Shown here piece after piece: positions 54,863 to 64,000 of a stretch of DNA of 64,000 bases. The stretch comes from Candidatus Woesearchaeota archaeon (GTDB lineage: Archaea > Nanobdellota > Nanobdellia > Pacearchaeales > GW2011-AR1). The position numbers were made by a program, and so were the translations under genes. Position 1 is the first letter of the stretch. The number at the start of each line of letters is the position of its first letter. The stretch is taken from the NCBI GenBank assembly GCA_964514585.1, contig CAZETU010000006.1, positions 1 through 64,000 of the forward strand. The letters run 5' to 3'. The notes below the pieces were generated by a model, which saw nothing but the letters and a program-made list of their open reading frames with translations, was not told the DNA's origin and made no database searches.

Positions 54863-55915
54863 TTAGGTATTCCAATTATAATCTTTTAATTTTCCGTCTC
54901 GAATTGGGTCCCAGAAAGCTGTTTTGTCGTGTCCTAGAGTTTTAATCGCTCTTGCTAAAAGGATGTTTTTCTCTGCTAAGTGTGGTCTTCTTAGATGATC
55001 CTTTCTACTTATCGTTGGATCAAAAACTAACATGTTGTTTTCTAACTTTGTGTAGAAGTTTTCTATTAGGGCTCTGCTGAATAGTGGGAATGGGTTCATT
55101 TCTAGGGGAGTTAAATTATGGTCTTTGTTGCATTCTTTTATGACGGCGATGTAGGCTGCGATGTCGTGGGGATAGAAGGTTATTACTTTACTTGCCTCTT
55201 GGTCTTCAGCACGAGTGTACCTAATATTTGTTACATCGTGTGCTACTCTTTGTGAAATGTTTCTTCCGTCTCCGTCTTGTATTTGGCTTGGCCTTAGAGT
55301 TAGAACTGTTGCTAGGTTGTCTTGGCTTCTTACAGCTGGTATATGTTCTAGCCTAAATAAGTAGTTTTGGATATCTCTTCTTCTTGATGGGACTTGAACC
55401 AAGGCGGAAGCTCCTTCTTGTTTTACTCTTCTGGAATCTTTGTATACTTTTGCCTTTATTGGCTCTGATGAATTTTCTGAATATGCGAAAAGACGAAGGG
55501 CTTCAGCTGCGAAAACATAGGGGATTAATCTTTTTGTTCTGTCTGACCAGTTTGGTCTGAAACTTATTCCTTGTGAAAATATTTCGTCTTCGCTGATTTC
55601 TTCTAGTTTGCCTAGGGCTTCTTTTCTTAAAACTAAAGGGGTGGTCGGGGAGTTATAACATTCTTGTTTTGTTTGAGGGTGACCTATGTGGACGTATTCT
55701 CCGTGTTTGAAACATTTTCTTGATGCTTGGCTTTGGTGCACTGTATTTTTATGGTATTGTCCTGGGATAAGTTGGGTGTATAAGAGTATGGCTTGAGAGT
55801 TGCCGTCCATGTCGTAGATTCGCTCTACTAAATTATGTTGGCTACGGATCTGTTTAGTTTCTAGTTCTTTTATTTTTGTGTTCGTTCTTCGTTTGAAAAA
55901 TGGTTTATTTGTCAT
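54863..55915 (-). CDS. Hypothetical protein
   Basis: 350-aa ORF; no recognised motif. Confidence 0.7.
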   Translation of the reverse strand: MTNKPFFKRRTNTKIKELETKQIRSQHNLVERIYDMDGNSQAILLYTQLIPGQYHKNTVHQSQASRKCFKHGEYVHIGHPQTKQECYNSPTTPLVLRKEALGKLEEISEDEIFSQGISFRPNWSDRTKRLIPYVFAAEALRLFAYSENSSEPIKAKVYKDSRRVKQEGASALVQVPSRRRDIQNYLFRLEHIPAVRSQDNLATVLTLRPSQIQDGDGRNISQRVAHDVTNIRYTRAEDQEASKVITFYPHDIAAYIAVIKECNKDHNLTPLEMNPFPLFSRALIENFYTKLENNMLVFDPTISRKDHLRRPHLAEKNILLARAIKTLGHDKTAFWDPIRDGKLKDYNWNT

Positions 55916-55948
55916 ATAAAATATACGGCAAAATCCTTATTGTATTAG

Positions 55949-55970
55949 TGTGGTGATGTTTGTTACCACA
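55949..55970. promoter_or_regulatory. Inverted repeat in divergent promoter (candidate regulator site)
   Basis: TGTGGTGA-N6-TTACCACA (7 of 8 arm positions complementary), immediately before TTTATAAA at 55974. Confidence 0.45.
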
Positions 55971-56001
55971 ATATTTATAAATTTTGATATCATGTATTAT
56001 T

Positions 56002-56709
56002 ATGGAATTAAGGGAAACTTTAGAAAAGATAGGGTTGACTAAAAATGAGTCAATTGTTTATTTAATGTTGTTGAAAGAAGGGTCTAGTCTGACTGGGGAG
56101 ATTACAAAAAAGACAGGGATTCATAGGAGAAATGTTTATGATATAACTTTGAGGTTGATAGAAAAAGGCTTGGTTGGATATATTGTTAAGAATAATCGGA
56201 AAATTTTTGAAGCGGTTAATCCGAAAAAGTTAAGAGAAATTTTGGATGAGAAAAGTAGAATATTAGAAGAAAATTTTGATATTATGCAACAGATGTTTGT
56301 GGGACCGAAGGAAAAGCAGGAGACTTTGTTTTTTACTGGCAAGGAAGGATTGAAAAATATATTTGAGGATCAGTTGAAGGAAGGTAATTCTGAGGTTTTG
56401 ATATTGGGTGCGAGTAAGGCTGCGTCTGAGATTTTTCCTTTTTATTTTAAGTGGTATGATAAGGATAGGGTTCGGAAAAAGATTAAAGTTAAGATTATTA
56501 GTGGTGAGAAAATTGGGAAAGTTTCCATGTCAGAAGTTCGATATATAAGTGGTAAGTTTGATAATCCTTTGGCGATAAATATTTGGAGAGATAATGTTGC
56601 GTTGATTCTTTGGAAGTCTGAGCCGTTGGCTATTTTGATAAAGAATAAGGAGATTAGTGATTCATATAGGAAATATTTTGAGGCTATGTGGAATTCGGCT
56701 AGGAAGTGA
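56002..56709 (+). CDS. TrmB-family transcriptional regulator
   Basis: LEKIGLTKNES.VY..LL, TGIHR.NVYD...RL.EKGLV, GKEG.K; paralog of the 474 gene. Confidence 0.88.
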   Translation: MELRETLEKIGLTKNESIVYLMLLKEGSSLTGEITKKTGIHRRNVYDITLRLIEKGLVGYIVKNNRKIFEAVNPKKLREILDEKSRILEENFDIMQQMFVGPKEKQETLFFTGKEGLKNIFEDQLKEGNSEVLILGASKAASEIFPFYFKWYDKDRVRKKIKVKIISGEKIGKVSMSEVRYISGKFDNPLAINIWRDNVALILWKSEPLAILIKNKEISDSYRKYFEAMWNSARK

Positions 56710-56794
56710 GTTTGTTAGATAAGTTGAAAGAAAGTATAAGGGGGTTGCTTAGGTTTTTATAGTTTGGAATTTATTTTGTTTAAGGAGACGTAAA

Positions 56795-57442
56795 ATGATA
56801 AAGGCTATATTTTTTGATTTTGATGGGACGATTAGTGATGCGATGGGGATTGGGTATGAGTCGATGATTAGGGCGTTTAATGATTTTGGGTATGAATTTG
56901 ATAAAAAGAAGTTGCGTGGGTTGTTGGGGAAGAAAATGCCCCTTATTTTTGATGGGCTTGGGTTAGATAAGAAAAATTTTGATGCTTGTCATAAGCGATT
57001 TTATGAGTATTTTATGAGGGCGGCGTTGGATGGTGGAATTAAACCTTGTGTTTCTTTGAAGCCTTTGTGGAAAATGAAAGAGAGTTATCCCTTGGTTGTT
57101 GTTTCAAATAGTGAGACTAGTTTTCTTGATGCGTCGATAAAGAAGCTTGGGATTAAAGGTTTGTTTGATGGAGTTTATGGTTCTGATAAGTTTTCGAGTA
57201 AGGATAAGTTGTTAAAGAAATTGTTTAGGGAAATGAAAATTAAGCCATCTGAAGCGATTTACATTGGGGATACTTTTAGTGATGTTGATTTTGCGAGGGA
57301 TGCTGGTTGTATTGCGGTTGCGATTCATAATAAATGTGCGTGGTCGAGTTTGAAAGAGATTCTGAAAGAGAAGCCTGATTATGTTGTTCGGGATTTTTAT
57401 GGGTTCAAGAAAGTTATTGATTCTTTAGAGAAGGGAAACTAA
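56795..57442 (+). CDS. HAD-superfamily phosphatase (Gph-like)
   Basis: FDFDGTISD, VVSNS, K, YIGD...D...A..AG. Confidence 0.9.
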   Translation: MIKAIFFDFDGTISDAMGIGYESMIRAFNDFGYEFDKKKLRGLLGKKMPLIFDGLGLDKKNFDACHKRFYEYFMRAALDGGIKPCVSLKPLWKMKESYPLVVVSNSETSFLDASIKKLGIKGLFDGVYGSDKFSSKDKLLKKLFREMKIKPSEAIYIGDTFSDVDFARDAGCIAVAIHNKCAWSSLKEILKEKPDYVVRDFYGFKKVIDSLEKGN

Positions 57443-57973
57443 ATATCCGAACGCGATTACTCCCATTATTCTTGGGAATATACCGTAGATTAGGAAGTTT
57501 TTTCTTGAGATTTTTAGGGCGCCAAGGAGGACTGGAAGGTATGGGAGAGGTGAGACTGCGGCGATTGGGATAATTACTTTTCCGTATTTGTTTATTAGAT
57601 AACTTGCCCTTTCTACTTTTTTTTCTGATACGAATAAGAGAACGCCGTCTATCATATATTTTTCTCCTATCATGAATCCTAGTGTTGAACCAATGACTGA
57701 GCCTAGGGCGACCATGACGATAGCAGTGAGCACGTTCATTCCTGCTAGTATACCTGTTGCTAGAATTATCATTGGTGAAATGAATTGGGGTAGCATGTCT
57801 AGAATGATTGAGATAAAAAATAGAGCTGGTGCACCGTGGGTGTATATGATGCTGTTTGCTGAGTCTTCAACTTTTGATATATTGACTAATCCGTAGATGA
57901 ATAGTGCCAAAACTATAATGCTAATTATTATGTTTATCGTCTTGACGGTTTTTGCTATCTTTTTTCGTTTCAT
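57425..57973 (-). CDS. DedA/VTT-domain membrane protein
   Basis: Multiple TMs; GS.IGS..GF..G, KYG...I.I....PLPY. Confidence 0.75.
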   Translation of the reverse strand: MKRKKIAKTVKTINIIISIIVLALFIYGLVNISKVEDSANSIIYTHGAPALFFISIILDMLPQFISPMIILATGILAGMNVLTAIVMVALGSVIGSTLGFMIGEKYMIDGVLLFVSEKKVERASYLINKYGKVIIPIAAVSPLPYLPVLLGALKISRKNFLIYGIFPRIMGVIAFGYLVSLL

Positions 57974-58449
57974 TGAATTTGATTTAGGGCTTTAATTATG
58001 TTTAATTCTAAGTTTTGATTCTTCTTTAAGAATTTTTCAAAAAGGGATTGAATTTTTTTATCCTGTTTTCTTTTTGTGCCTTTGGTGTTTGTTAGTTTGG
58101 CATAGAGTTCGACTTCTTTATCTGATAGGTTTTGGAGTGGGGCATTTTTTGGAATTTTATATTTAAAGTTTCCCTTGAGAATATTTTTGAAAGTGTCTTC
58201 GGCAAATTGGGAAAGATTGTCGCTTGATAAATTTGGTTTTGTTGAATAGCTTACTTGGAATTTTTTTTCTATTACTTTTTTTACGACTGAGGTGTTGAGG
58301 TCGCTTGTTTTTTTGAGAGCTATAACTTTGTTGTTGGGAAGCATGGAGTTTTTCCTGATGGTTCTAAATACTTTTCTTTCGAAATAGTCTATGAATTCTT
58401 TTTTTGATAATTTTTTTTGGTTTGTAAATTCCCAAACGTGGTTTGTCAT
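57970..58449 (-). CDS. Miniaturised, apparently inactive TtuA/Ncs6 (TtcA-family) homologue
   Basis: FIDYFERKVFRTIRK..ML, SDNLSQFAEDTFKNILKG (GHNLDD..T..MN..RG equivalent), PL..LSDKEV.LYA; the SGGKDS PP-loop and Cys motifs are absent. Confidence 0.5.
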   Translation of the reverse strand: MTNHVWEFTNQKKLSKKEFIDYFERKVFRTIRKNSMLPNNKVIALKKTSDLNTSVVKKVIEKKFQVSYSTKPNLSSDNLSQFAEDTFKNILKGNFKYKIPKNAPLQNLSDKEVELYAKLTNTKGTKRKQDKKIQSLFEKFLKKNQNLELNIIKALNQIQ

Positions 58450-58497
58450 GTAATATGAAACAATTAGGTATAAATAAGGATTTTGGTTTTGTTAATT

Positions 58498-58899
58498 ATG
58501 ATACATGCGGTTTTGTTGATTATTGAGAGAGACGGGAAGGTTTTGTTTGGGAAGCGAACAAAGCAAAGGGAATCGATTCCGAATAGATGGAGTTTGCCTT
58601 CTGAGAAGGTCGAGGGTGATGATAGTATGGAGAGTGCGGTTAGGAGATGTGCGGATAATGAACTTGGGGTTGTTGTGAATGATATTGTGGAGTTTGAGGT
58701 GTTTCATTATAACGATGGAATTGAGGATAAGGTTTTGCGTTTTTTGAAAATTGATGTTGAAGGAGAACCTTTTTTGAATAATTTAAAGGAGTTGTCTGAA
58801 TTGAAGTGGATGAGTTTTGAGGAATTCTTTGGGATGTATGAAGATTCTGAGATTGGGCATGGATTGCAATATTTGAGAAAGAAACTCGAGTTGGATTAA
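58498..58899 (+). CDS. NUDIX hydrolase
   Basis: WSLPSEKVEGDDSMESAVRRCADNELG degenerate Nudix box; E..ELKW. Confidence 0.7.
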   Translation: MIHAVLLIIERDGKVLFGKRTKQRESIPNRWSLPSEKVEGDDSMESAVRRCADNELGVVVNDIVEFEVFHYNDGIEDKVLRFLKIDVEGEPFLNNLKELSELKWMSFEEFFGMYEDSEIGHGLQYLRKKLELD

Positions 58900-59741
58900 A
58901 TTTTAAATTTACTGAATGTTTTTCTTTTATCTTCGTTATCGCCAGTTGAATAAGCTTCTTGAATATCTAGGGCTTTTTGTTTTTGTTTGTTATTGGAATA
59001 ATAGATTGATGGCTTTCCTTTTTCGTCTGGGATTGATGTTTTGAATTTTGTTATTATGTTTGATTCTAGTTCGTTTCTTGCCACAATGAGCCATGTATCT
59101 TCAATAAAGAAATGTCTGCCAATCATTGTTAGAGGAAGAGTTTTTTCATTGATTAGGTTTTTGTCTAGGAGTTTTTTCAATCTTGCCGAGGGATCTTTTT
59201 CGCAAAGGAAGCAGCCGCCGCCCGGAGTTGGGTATTTAATTTTGAATTTTTCTGCGAGTTCCATTTGCCTTTTTCTTCCTCGTCCTTTTATACCGATTTC
59301 CATTAGTGGTCGCTTGATTTGAAATCCTATCTCTTCGTCTATGGTTCTCATTGCTTTTGAGGTTTGAGACATTGGCCTTTGTCCTAGAACTTCTCCCGTT
59401 GCTATTACTTTAATTTTATTTTTGTCGGCGTATTCCTTTGCTTTTTTGAACATAAAAATTTTACAGTCTTTGCATGGGTTTATTCCAGATCCTGTTTCGT
59501 GCTTTGGCTTTTTTAATATATCTAGATATTCTGAAAGAAGTGGTTCTTTGGTTACGTTGAATATTGTTAGCTTGGTTTTTTCTTTTTGGGTGAAGTTGAA
59601 GTTGCAATTAATGTTGCAGCAACCACAGCCGAATGGGAGGGCGAAATAGAGCGCTTCGACGTCGTAGCCTTGTTCTTGGAGTAGACATACGACTAGACGA
59701 GAGTCGAGGCCGCCTGAATATAATACCAATGCTTTTTCCAT
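58896..59741 (-). CDS. PP-loop tRNA sulfurtransferase-like protein (ThiI/MnmA-like, no THUMP)
   Basis: LYSGGLDS, NPC.DCK..M, IATGEVLGQRPMSQ, G.GRK.Q, PTPGGGC.L. ATG 59741 preferred over 59819. Confidence 0.8.
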   Translation of the reverse strand: MEKALVLYSGGLDSRLVVCLLQEQGYDVEALYFALPFGCGCCNINCNFNFTQKEKTKLTIFNVTKEPLLSEYLDILKKPKHETGSGINPCKDCKIFMFKKAKEYADKNKIKVIATGEVLGQRPMSQTSKAMRTIDEEIGFQIKRPLMEIGIKGRGRKRQMELAEKFKIKYPTPGGGCFLCEKDPSARLKKLLDKNLINEKTLPLTMIGRHFFIEDTWLIVARNELESNIITKFKTSIPDEKGKPSIYYSNNKQKQKALDIQEAYSTGDNEDKRKTFSKFKI

Positions 59742-59767
59742 AGAATTGTTGAGAAATGTGGGTTTAA

Positions 59768-60256
59768 TTAGATTTCTGCTAGAAGGACTACGTAGTTTTT
59801 GCCGTATTTCTTTGCACACTTAGGGCATGTTGTGTAGTAGAAATACATGTGTTTGATTTCTTTTTTCTTTGATGTAGTATATTCTTCCATTTCTTTGATC
59901 CATTTTTTCATATCTTTGTAGGGGCCTTCGAAAACTTTTGAAAGAAAAGTTCCTGAGACTTTGACGTCATGGACTGATGAAATTGGTTTTTCTACGCTAA
60001 CATAGATGTTTGAATAGAATGGGGATTTCTCATCTGAAACTACTATTGGGACTTTTGTTCCGGCTTTTGCTGCGTCGATTTTTTTGCAAAGCTTTTTAAT
60101 AACCATTCCGAAATTTAATGGAATGTGAAAGAATGATATCACTTTGCTTTTGACGAATAGCTTGTCTTTCCAAGTTATTGTTTTATTGTCCCAAGGTTTT
60201 GGATCAAATTTTGGACAACACTCGTCGGTGTTTTTCGCTTCTTCACCCTTTTTCAT
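59768..60256 (-). CDS. GyrI-like small-molecule-binding protein (often annotated hydrolase)
   Basis: CCPKFDP..WD, FH.P.NFG, SG.FLSKVFEGPY, Y..YTTCPKCAKKYGKNYVV. Confidence 0.65.
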   Translation of the reverse strand: MKKGEEAKNTDECCPKFDPKPWDNKTITWKDKLFVKSKVISFFHIPLNFGMVIKKLCKKIDAAKAGTKVPIVVSDEKSPFYSNIYVSVEKPISSVHDVKVSGTFLSKVFEGPYKDMKKWIKEMEEYTTSKKKEIKHMYFYYTTCPKCAKKYGKNYVVLLAEI

Positions 60257-60380
60257 ATTGAATAAAAGTATGTTTAGTATATAAATGTTTAGTAGCCTCT
60301 GCATTGTTAAGTTAACGGGAGCTTTCATTTACTAAATTTTTTCAAAACCTTTAAATACTACTTAATCTACAAAGTATTAT

Positions 60381-60536
60381 ATGGCTACTAAAGATACTAA
60401 ATCTATTAAGTCTACAACAATTAGGATAGAGCAAGAAACAAAAGAAAAAATAGAAAATCTTGATTTTGTTCGAAAAGATACATATAATCAAATCTTGCTG
60501 AAATTAATCGAGTTTCATGAGGGACATAGAAAATGA
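60381..60536 (+). CDS. Ribbon-helix-helix (CopG-like) DNA-binding protein, 51 aa (not in ORF track)
   Basis: TTIRIEQETKEKIENL...DTYNQILLKLIE; TTTAAATA 23 nt upstream; stop overlaps the next ATG (ATGA). Confidence 0.75.
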   Translation: MATKDTKSIKSTTIRIEQETKEKIENLDFVRKDTYNQILLKLIEFHEGHRK

Positions 60537-61299
60537 TAAACAAATCTAACAAAAACAATCCTTCATCCCAAATCGGGTGGGGGGCGAAGCAGAAAAGAGT
60601 TAGTAAATTCTTCTTCATAACTTTAATTTTCATTTTCTCTTTAATATTATTACCAAATTTTGTTTCAGCTTTTCTAATTTCAGATCAAGGAACAAATGTA
60701 ATGGATGTTGCAACAGGAAATTTAACTGCCCTCGCTAATTTAACAATTAGTATATATGACAATACTACTGGAGGAAATTTAATCTTTGAACAAAATTTTA
60801 GTGATGTAATAGCAAATGGTTCATGGAACGTTATGATAAACCCAAATTTAGAATATGGAATAAGTTATTATAAAGATTATCAAATTAATGGGGAAGATTT
60901 ATATTTTGATGGAAATGAGAGATTAGAATTTCAATCTTCTGTTGGAGAAATAAATAATGTTTCATTTATTAATTTTTCTTTGATAAACTCGTGTTCTGCT
61001 GGGAGTTCAATAAGATTAATTTATGCAAATGGAAGTGTTGAATGTGAGGTGGATGATGATTCAGGAGGTTCAGGAAGTTCAAACTTAACAAATTATGCCT
61101 TTAAAGAACCAATCAGAAATATTTACGGGCAATATAACAACTTCTCAAATAGGGTTTTTTGGTTGGCTTGGAAGTTTAGCTTCAAGAATAACTAAGTTAT
61201 TTGTTCAAGATATTGATGCTTCTGGAAATATTAATGCTGGAGAAAATATAACTGCTTCTTATTTCATTGGTGACGGTTCAAAATTAATTGGCATTAATG

Positions 61300-61810
61300 G
61301 GACTAGCGGACCTCAAGGTGAACAGGGAATTCCAGGCGTTAATGGAACTAATGGTACAAATGGTATCAACGGAACTAATGGAACGAACGGAGCTCAAGGA
61401 ATTTCAGGTATTAACGGAACAAACGGCTCTGATGGTTATACTCCCATCTACGGAACAGATTATATTAATGGTACAAATGGATCTCAAGGTATCCAAGGTG
61501 AGACGGGTGTCGATGGAATCAATGGAACAAATGGATCTCAAGGTATTCAAGGAATCGCTGGAGTTAATGGTACCGACGGGATTCAAGGTGAAGTTGGCGT
61601 TAATGGAACTAATGGTATCAACGGAACTAATGGCTCTGATGGTTACACACCTATTTACGGTACCGATTATATTAATGGAACTGACGGAACCGACGGGGTA
61701 GATGGACTAAATGGTACTAACGGAACAGACGGAACAACTCCTGTTTATGGCGTTGATTACATTAACGGAACAGATGGTGTTAACGGTGTAGACGGACTTA
61801 ATGGTACCGA
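61300..61810 (+). repeat. Collagen-like Gly-X-Y repeats rich in NGT sequons
   Basis: GPQGEQGIPGVNGTNGTNGINGTNG..., interrupted by three TP(I/V)YG.DYINGT modules. Confidence 0.9.
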
Positions 61811-61904
61811 TTTATTTACTGAAATAAATCTTACTCAATTTGATAATTCTACTGGAACTTTAAATCTTTTAGAGAGTTGGCTAACCAGTTTCCTTGATTT
61901 ACTT

Positions 61905-62550
61905 TATGCTCCTCTAGGTTACGGAGATGATTGGAATAAAACTTACGCTGATACACTTTACGCAGACATTTCTGTAACTGGCGATGATACTTCCTGGAAT
62001 AAAACATACGCTGATACTTTATATTATGATTCTGAGTTAGATTTAACAACACTTCTTGATGATAATTATGCCCCTGTAAACTACGGAGACGATTGGAATA
62101 AAACTTACGCAGATACTCTCTACGCTTCCTTAGCAGAAATTATTAGTTTTGGATATTATAATTCTACAGACTTTTCTATTACAGATTATTATTTGAAATC
62201 CAATCCTTTTGGATTCTATAATTCTACTGATTTTGTTATTTCAGATTATTCTACAACTACTCAAGCAAATAACTTATATGCTCCTCTAGGTTACGGAGAT
62301 GATTGGAATAAAACTTACGCTGATACACTTTACGCAGACATTTCTGTAACTGGCGATGATACTTCCTGGAATAAAACATACGCTGATACTTTATATGCAG
62401 ACATTTCTGTAACTGGCGATGATACTTCCTGGAATAAAACATACGCTGATACTTTATATTATGATTCTGAGTTAGATTTAACAACACTTCTTGATGATAA
62501 TTATGCCCCTGTAAACTACGGAGACGATTGGAATAAAACTTACGCAGACA
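61905..62550 (+). repeat. Near-identical intragenic duplication (about 210 bp) plus an extra 60-bp unit; seven WNKTYADTLY motifs
   Basis: Block starting TATGCTCCTCTAGGTTACGGAGATGATTGG at 61905 recurs at 62277; the second copy has an added ADISVTGDDTSWNKTYADTLY unit. Confidence 0.92.
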
Positions 62551-62741
62551 CATTATACGAACCAACAAGCACTCAATTAGATGGAACTACGGTAAATATT
62601 ACCTACATCAATGCACCATTAAACACTTGGTACTTCAATGCTACAGATAATTGTGAATATTTACCAAATTCCGGAAAGGAGTGTGCTATTTAATGGTAAT
62701 AATAATTGAATTTATTGGGGGAATAGAGTGTGCAGTATGAA

Positions 62742-64000
62742 ATGGGATTTAAAAAAAAAGATAAAGGTTGGTCAAAGAAAAAGAAAGTAATATTTTTTAG
62801 TAGTTTTGCGTTTATCTTTTTCATGTTAGGTGCAATGTATATGATTTCTGAAAATACTTTTGGGTATAAAACTAGTATTGAAAAGATGTTGGGTGATTAT
62901 GGTTTTGTAAGTGCCAGTACTGATTCGACAAATTGGACCAGGAAAGCATTGCTAACAATAAACAGTTCTTTCGTTGATTCAAATTTAACAGACTTCCCAG
63001 TCTTATTAACTAATGCAAATTTACCACAAGAAATGTGGAATACAACACATGAAGATGCAAAATATAATGCGTTATTTACAGGATGTGACATTAGATTTAC
63101 TACTAATAGCAGTGGAGAAATAGAAATTCCTTTTGAATTAGTGGACTGGACTCAAGATGATTCAACTGGTTCGGAAATTTGGATTAAGTTAAATATATCA
63201 AATGAAACAGACATAGAATTTTATGTTTGGTATGATAATTCTGTTGCATCTTGTTATGTTATAAACGATACTTATGGGGCTGAAAAGGTGTGGGATAGTA
63301 ATTTCAAGGTGGTTCAGCATATGGGAAACGCGACGACCTCAACTATTACAGACTCAACTACGAATGATAATGATGGAACTAAAGCTGCTGCTGGAGACCC
63401 TGCCGAAACTTCAACTGCTCAGATAGGATTAGAAGCTCAAGATTTTGATGGGGATGATGATTATATTGATATTGGTGATGTTGCAGCATTAGAAATAGAT
63501 ACTTTTACTATTTCTACATGGGCAAAGAGGGCTGGAATAGATGACCAAGATACCTTCTTATCAATGCAATACCAGTCAGCTGCCGTTCCTGGGTTATGCG
63601 GGACAACATTTAGATTTAATTCGGACAATACTTTAGGACTTGCATCCACTATAAGTAATACTTTTGAAGAAGTCATATCAACGCCTACATATACAAGCAC
63701 TTCTGATTTTTATTATGTGGTAGCTAGAAAAACTGGGACAACTGTAACTTTATATATTGATGGCTCTTTAGTTAAAACTGGGACATTATCATCAGCCAGT
63801 ATAGATTGGACTACTTCGGTTACTAAACATACTGTAATCGGTGCTAGATGGAATGGAAGAGCTTCTGCTTGGGTCGGAGAATTTGAAGGGATATTAGATG
63901 AAGTAAGAATATCAAATTCAGCTCGTTCAGCCGATTGGATTTCAGCTGAATATAATAATCAGAACTCACCTTCTACATTTATAGTCGAGGGAACTCCAGC
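62742..64000 (+). CDS. DUF2341 + LamG domain surface protein, truncated by the window end (not in ORF track)
   Basis: Open frame from ATG 62742 to the end: basic N-terminus, TM, LTDFPVLL, DIRFT, IPFE, IWIKL, YVWYDN, VW...HM, FDGDDDYI, GILDEVRISN.ARSADWI.AEYNNQ. Confidence 0.85.
   Translation, partial: MGFKKKDKGWSKKKKVIFFSSFAFIFFMLGAMYMISENTFGYKTSIEKMLGDYGFVSASTDSTNWTRKALLTINSSFVDSNLTDFPVLLTNANLPQEMWNTTHEDAKYNALFTGCDIRFTTNSSGEIEIPFELVDWTQDDSTGSEIWIKLNISNETDIEFYVWYDNSVASCYVINDTYGAEKVWDSNFKVVQHMGNATTSTITDSTTNDNDGTKAAAGDPAETSTAQIGLEAQDFDGDDDYIDIGDVAALEIDTFTISTWAKRAGIDDQDTFLSMQYQSAAVPGLCGTTFRFNSDNTLGLASTISNTFEEVISTPTYTSTSDFYYVVARKTGTTVTLYIDGSLVKTGTLSSASIDWTTSVTKHTVIGARWNGRASAWVGEFEGILDEVRISNSARSADWISAEYNNQNSPSTFIVEGTP

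Larger units (their letters stand above)
60533..62693 (+). pseudogene. Collagen-like surface glycoprotein split by a +1 frameshift near 61100 (ORFs 60533-61195 and 61095-62693)
   Basis: Signal peptide only in ORF1; removing one T from GCC-TTT-AAA-G joins NLTNYA to LKNQSEIF; ORF2 carries G-X-Y repeats and WNKTYADTLY repeats. Confidence 0.65.

Noticed and set aside
62751-62759. A9 tract as a phase-variation switch
   Set aside because: It is in frame, encoding KKK in a basic N-terminus; such A-runs are common in this AT-rich sequence and nothing indicates slippage.
1-64000. IS elements, integrases, rRNA genes, restriction-modification clusters
   Set aside because: No transposase or recombinase motifs, terminal inverted repeats, long GC-rich rRNA-like tracts or DNA-methyltransferase motifs were recognised.

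Overview
Gene-dense, AT-rich chromosomal fragment from an archaeon, most likely a DPANN lineage (Pacearchaeota/Woesearchaeota-like). That placement is an inference from archaeal TrpRS, an archaeal ThrRS editing domain, Elp3, class III signal-peptide pilins, TrmB regulators, and TATA boxes about 22-24 nt before many ATGs. Main contents: (i) a nine-gene NAD(P) salvage operon (pncB-pncA-nadE-DUF1152-NUDIX-NDT-like-nadK-nadD-nrtR) with a perfect GT-N7-AC palindrome over its promoter; (ii) two paralogous tRNA-Ser genes, one with an A34 anticodon (AGA); (iii) a tandemly duplicated surface module (shared promoter motif + large anchorless protein + small membrane-anchored partner), one copy broken by an in-frame TAG and the other preceded by three structured 51-bp repeats, followed by a MoxR/DUF58/vWA operon; (iv) translation and tRNA-modification genes (uS10, ThrRS, TrpRS, Elp3, Trm9-like, U32, ThiI/MnmA-like, ABC-F); (v) a compositionally distinct right end with an RHH regulator, a frameshifted collagen-like protein and a DUF2341/LamG protein cut by the window edge. 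No rRNA, CRISPR array, integrase or transposase could be supported. All family assignments come from motif recognition by eye, not database searches.
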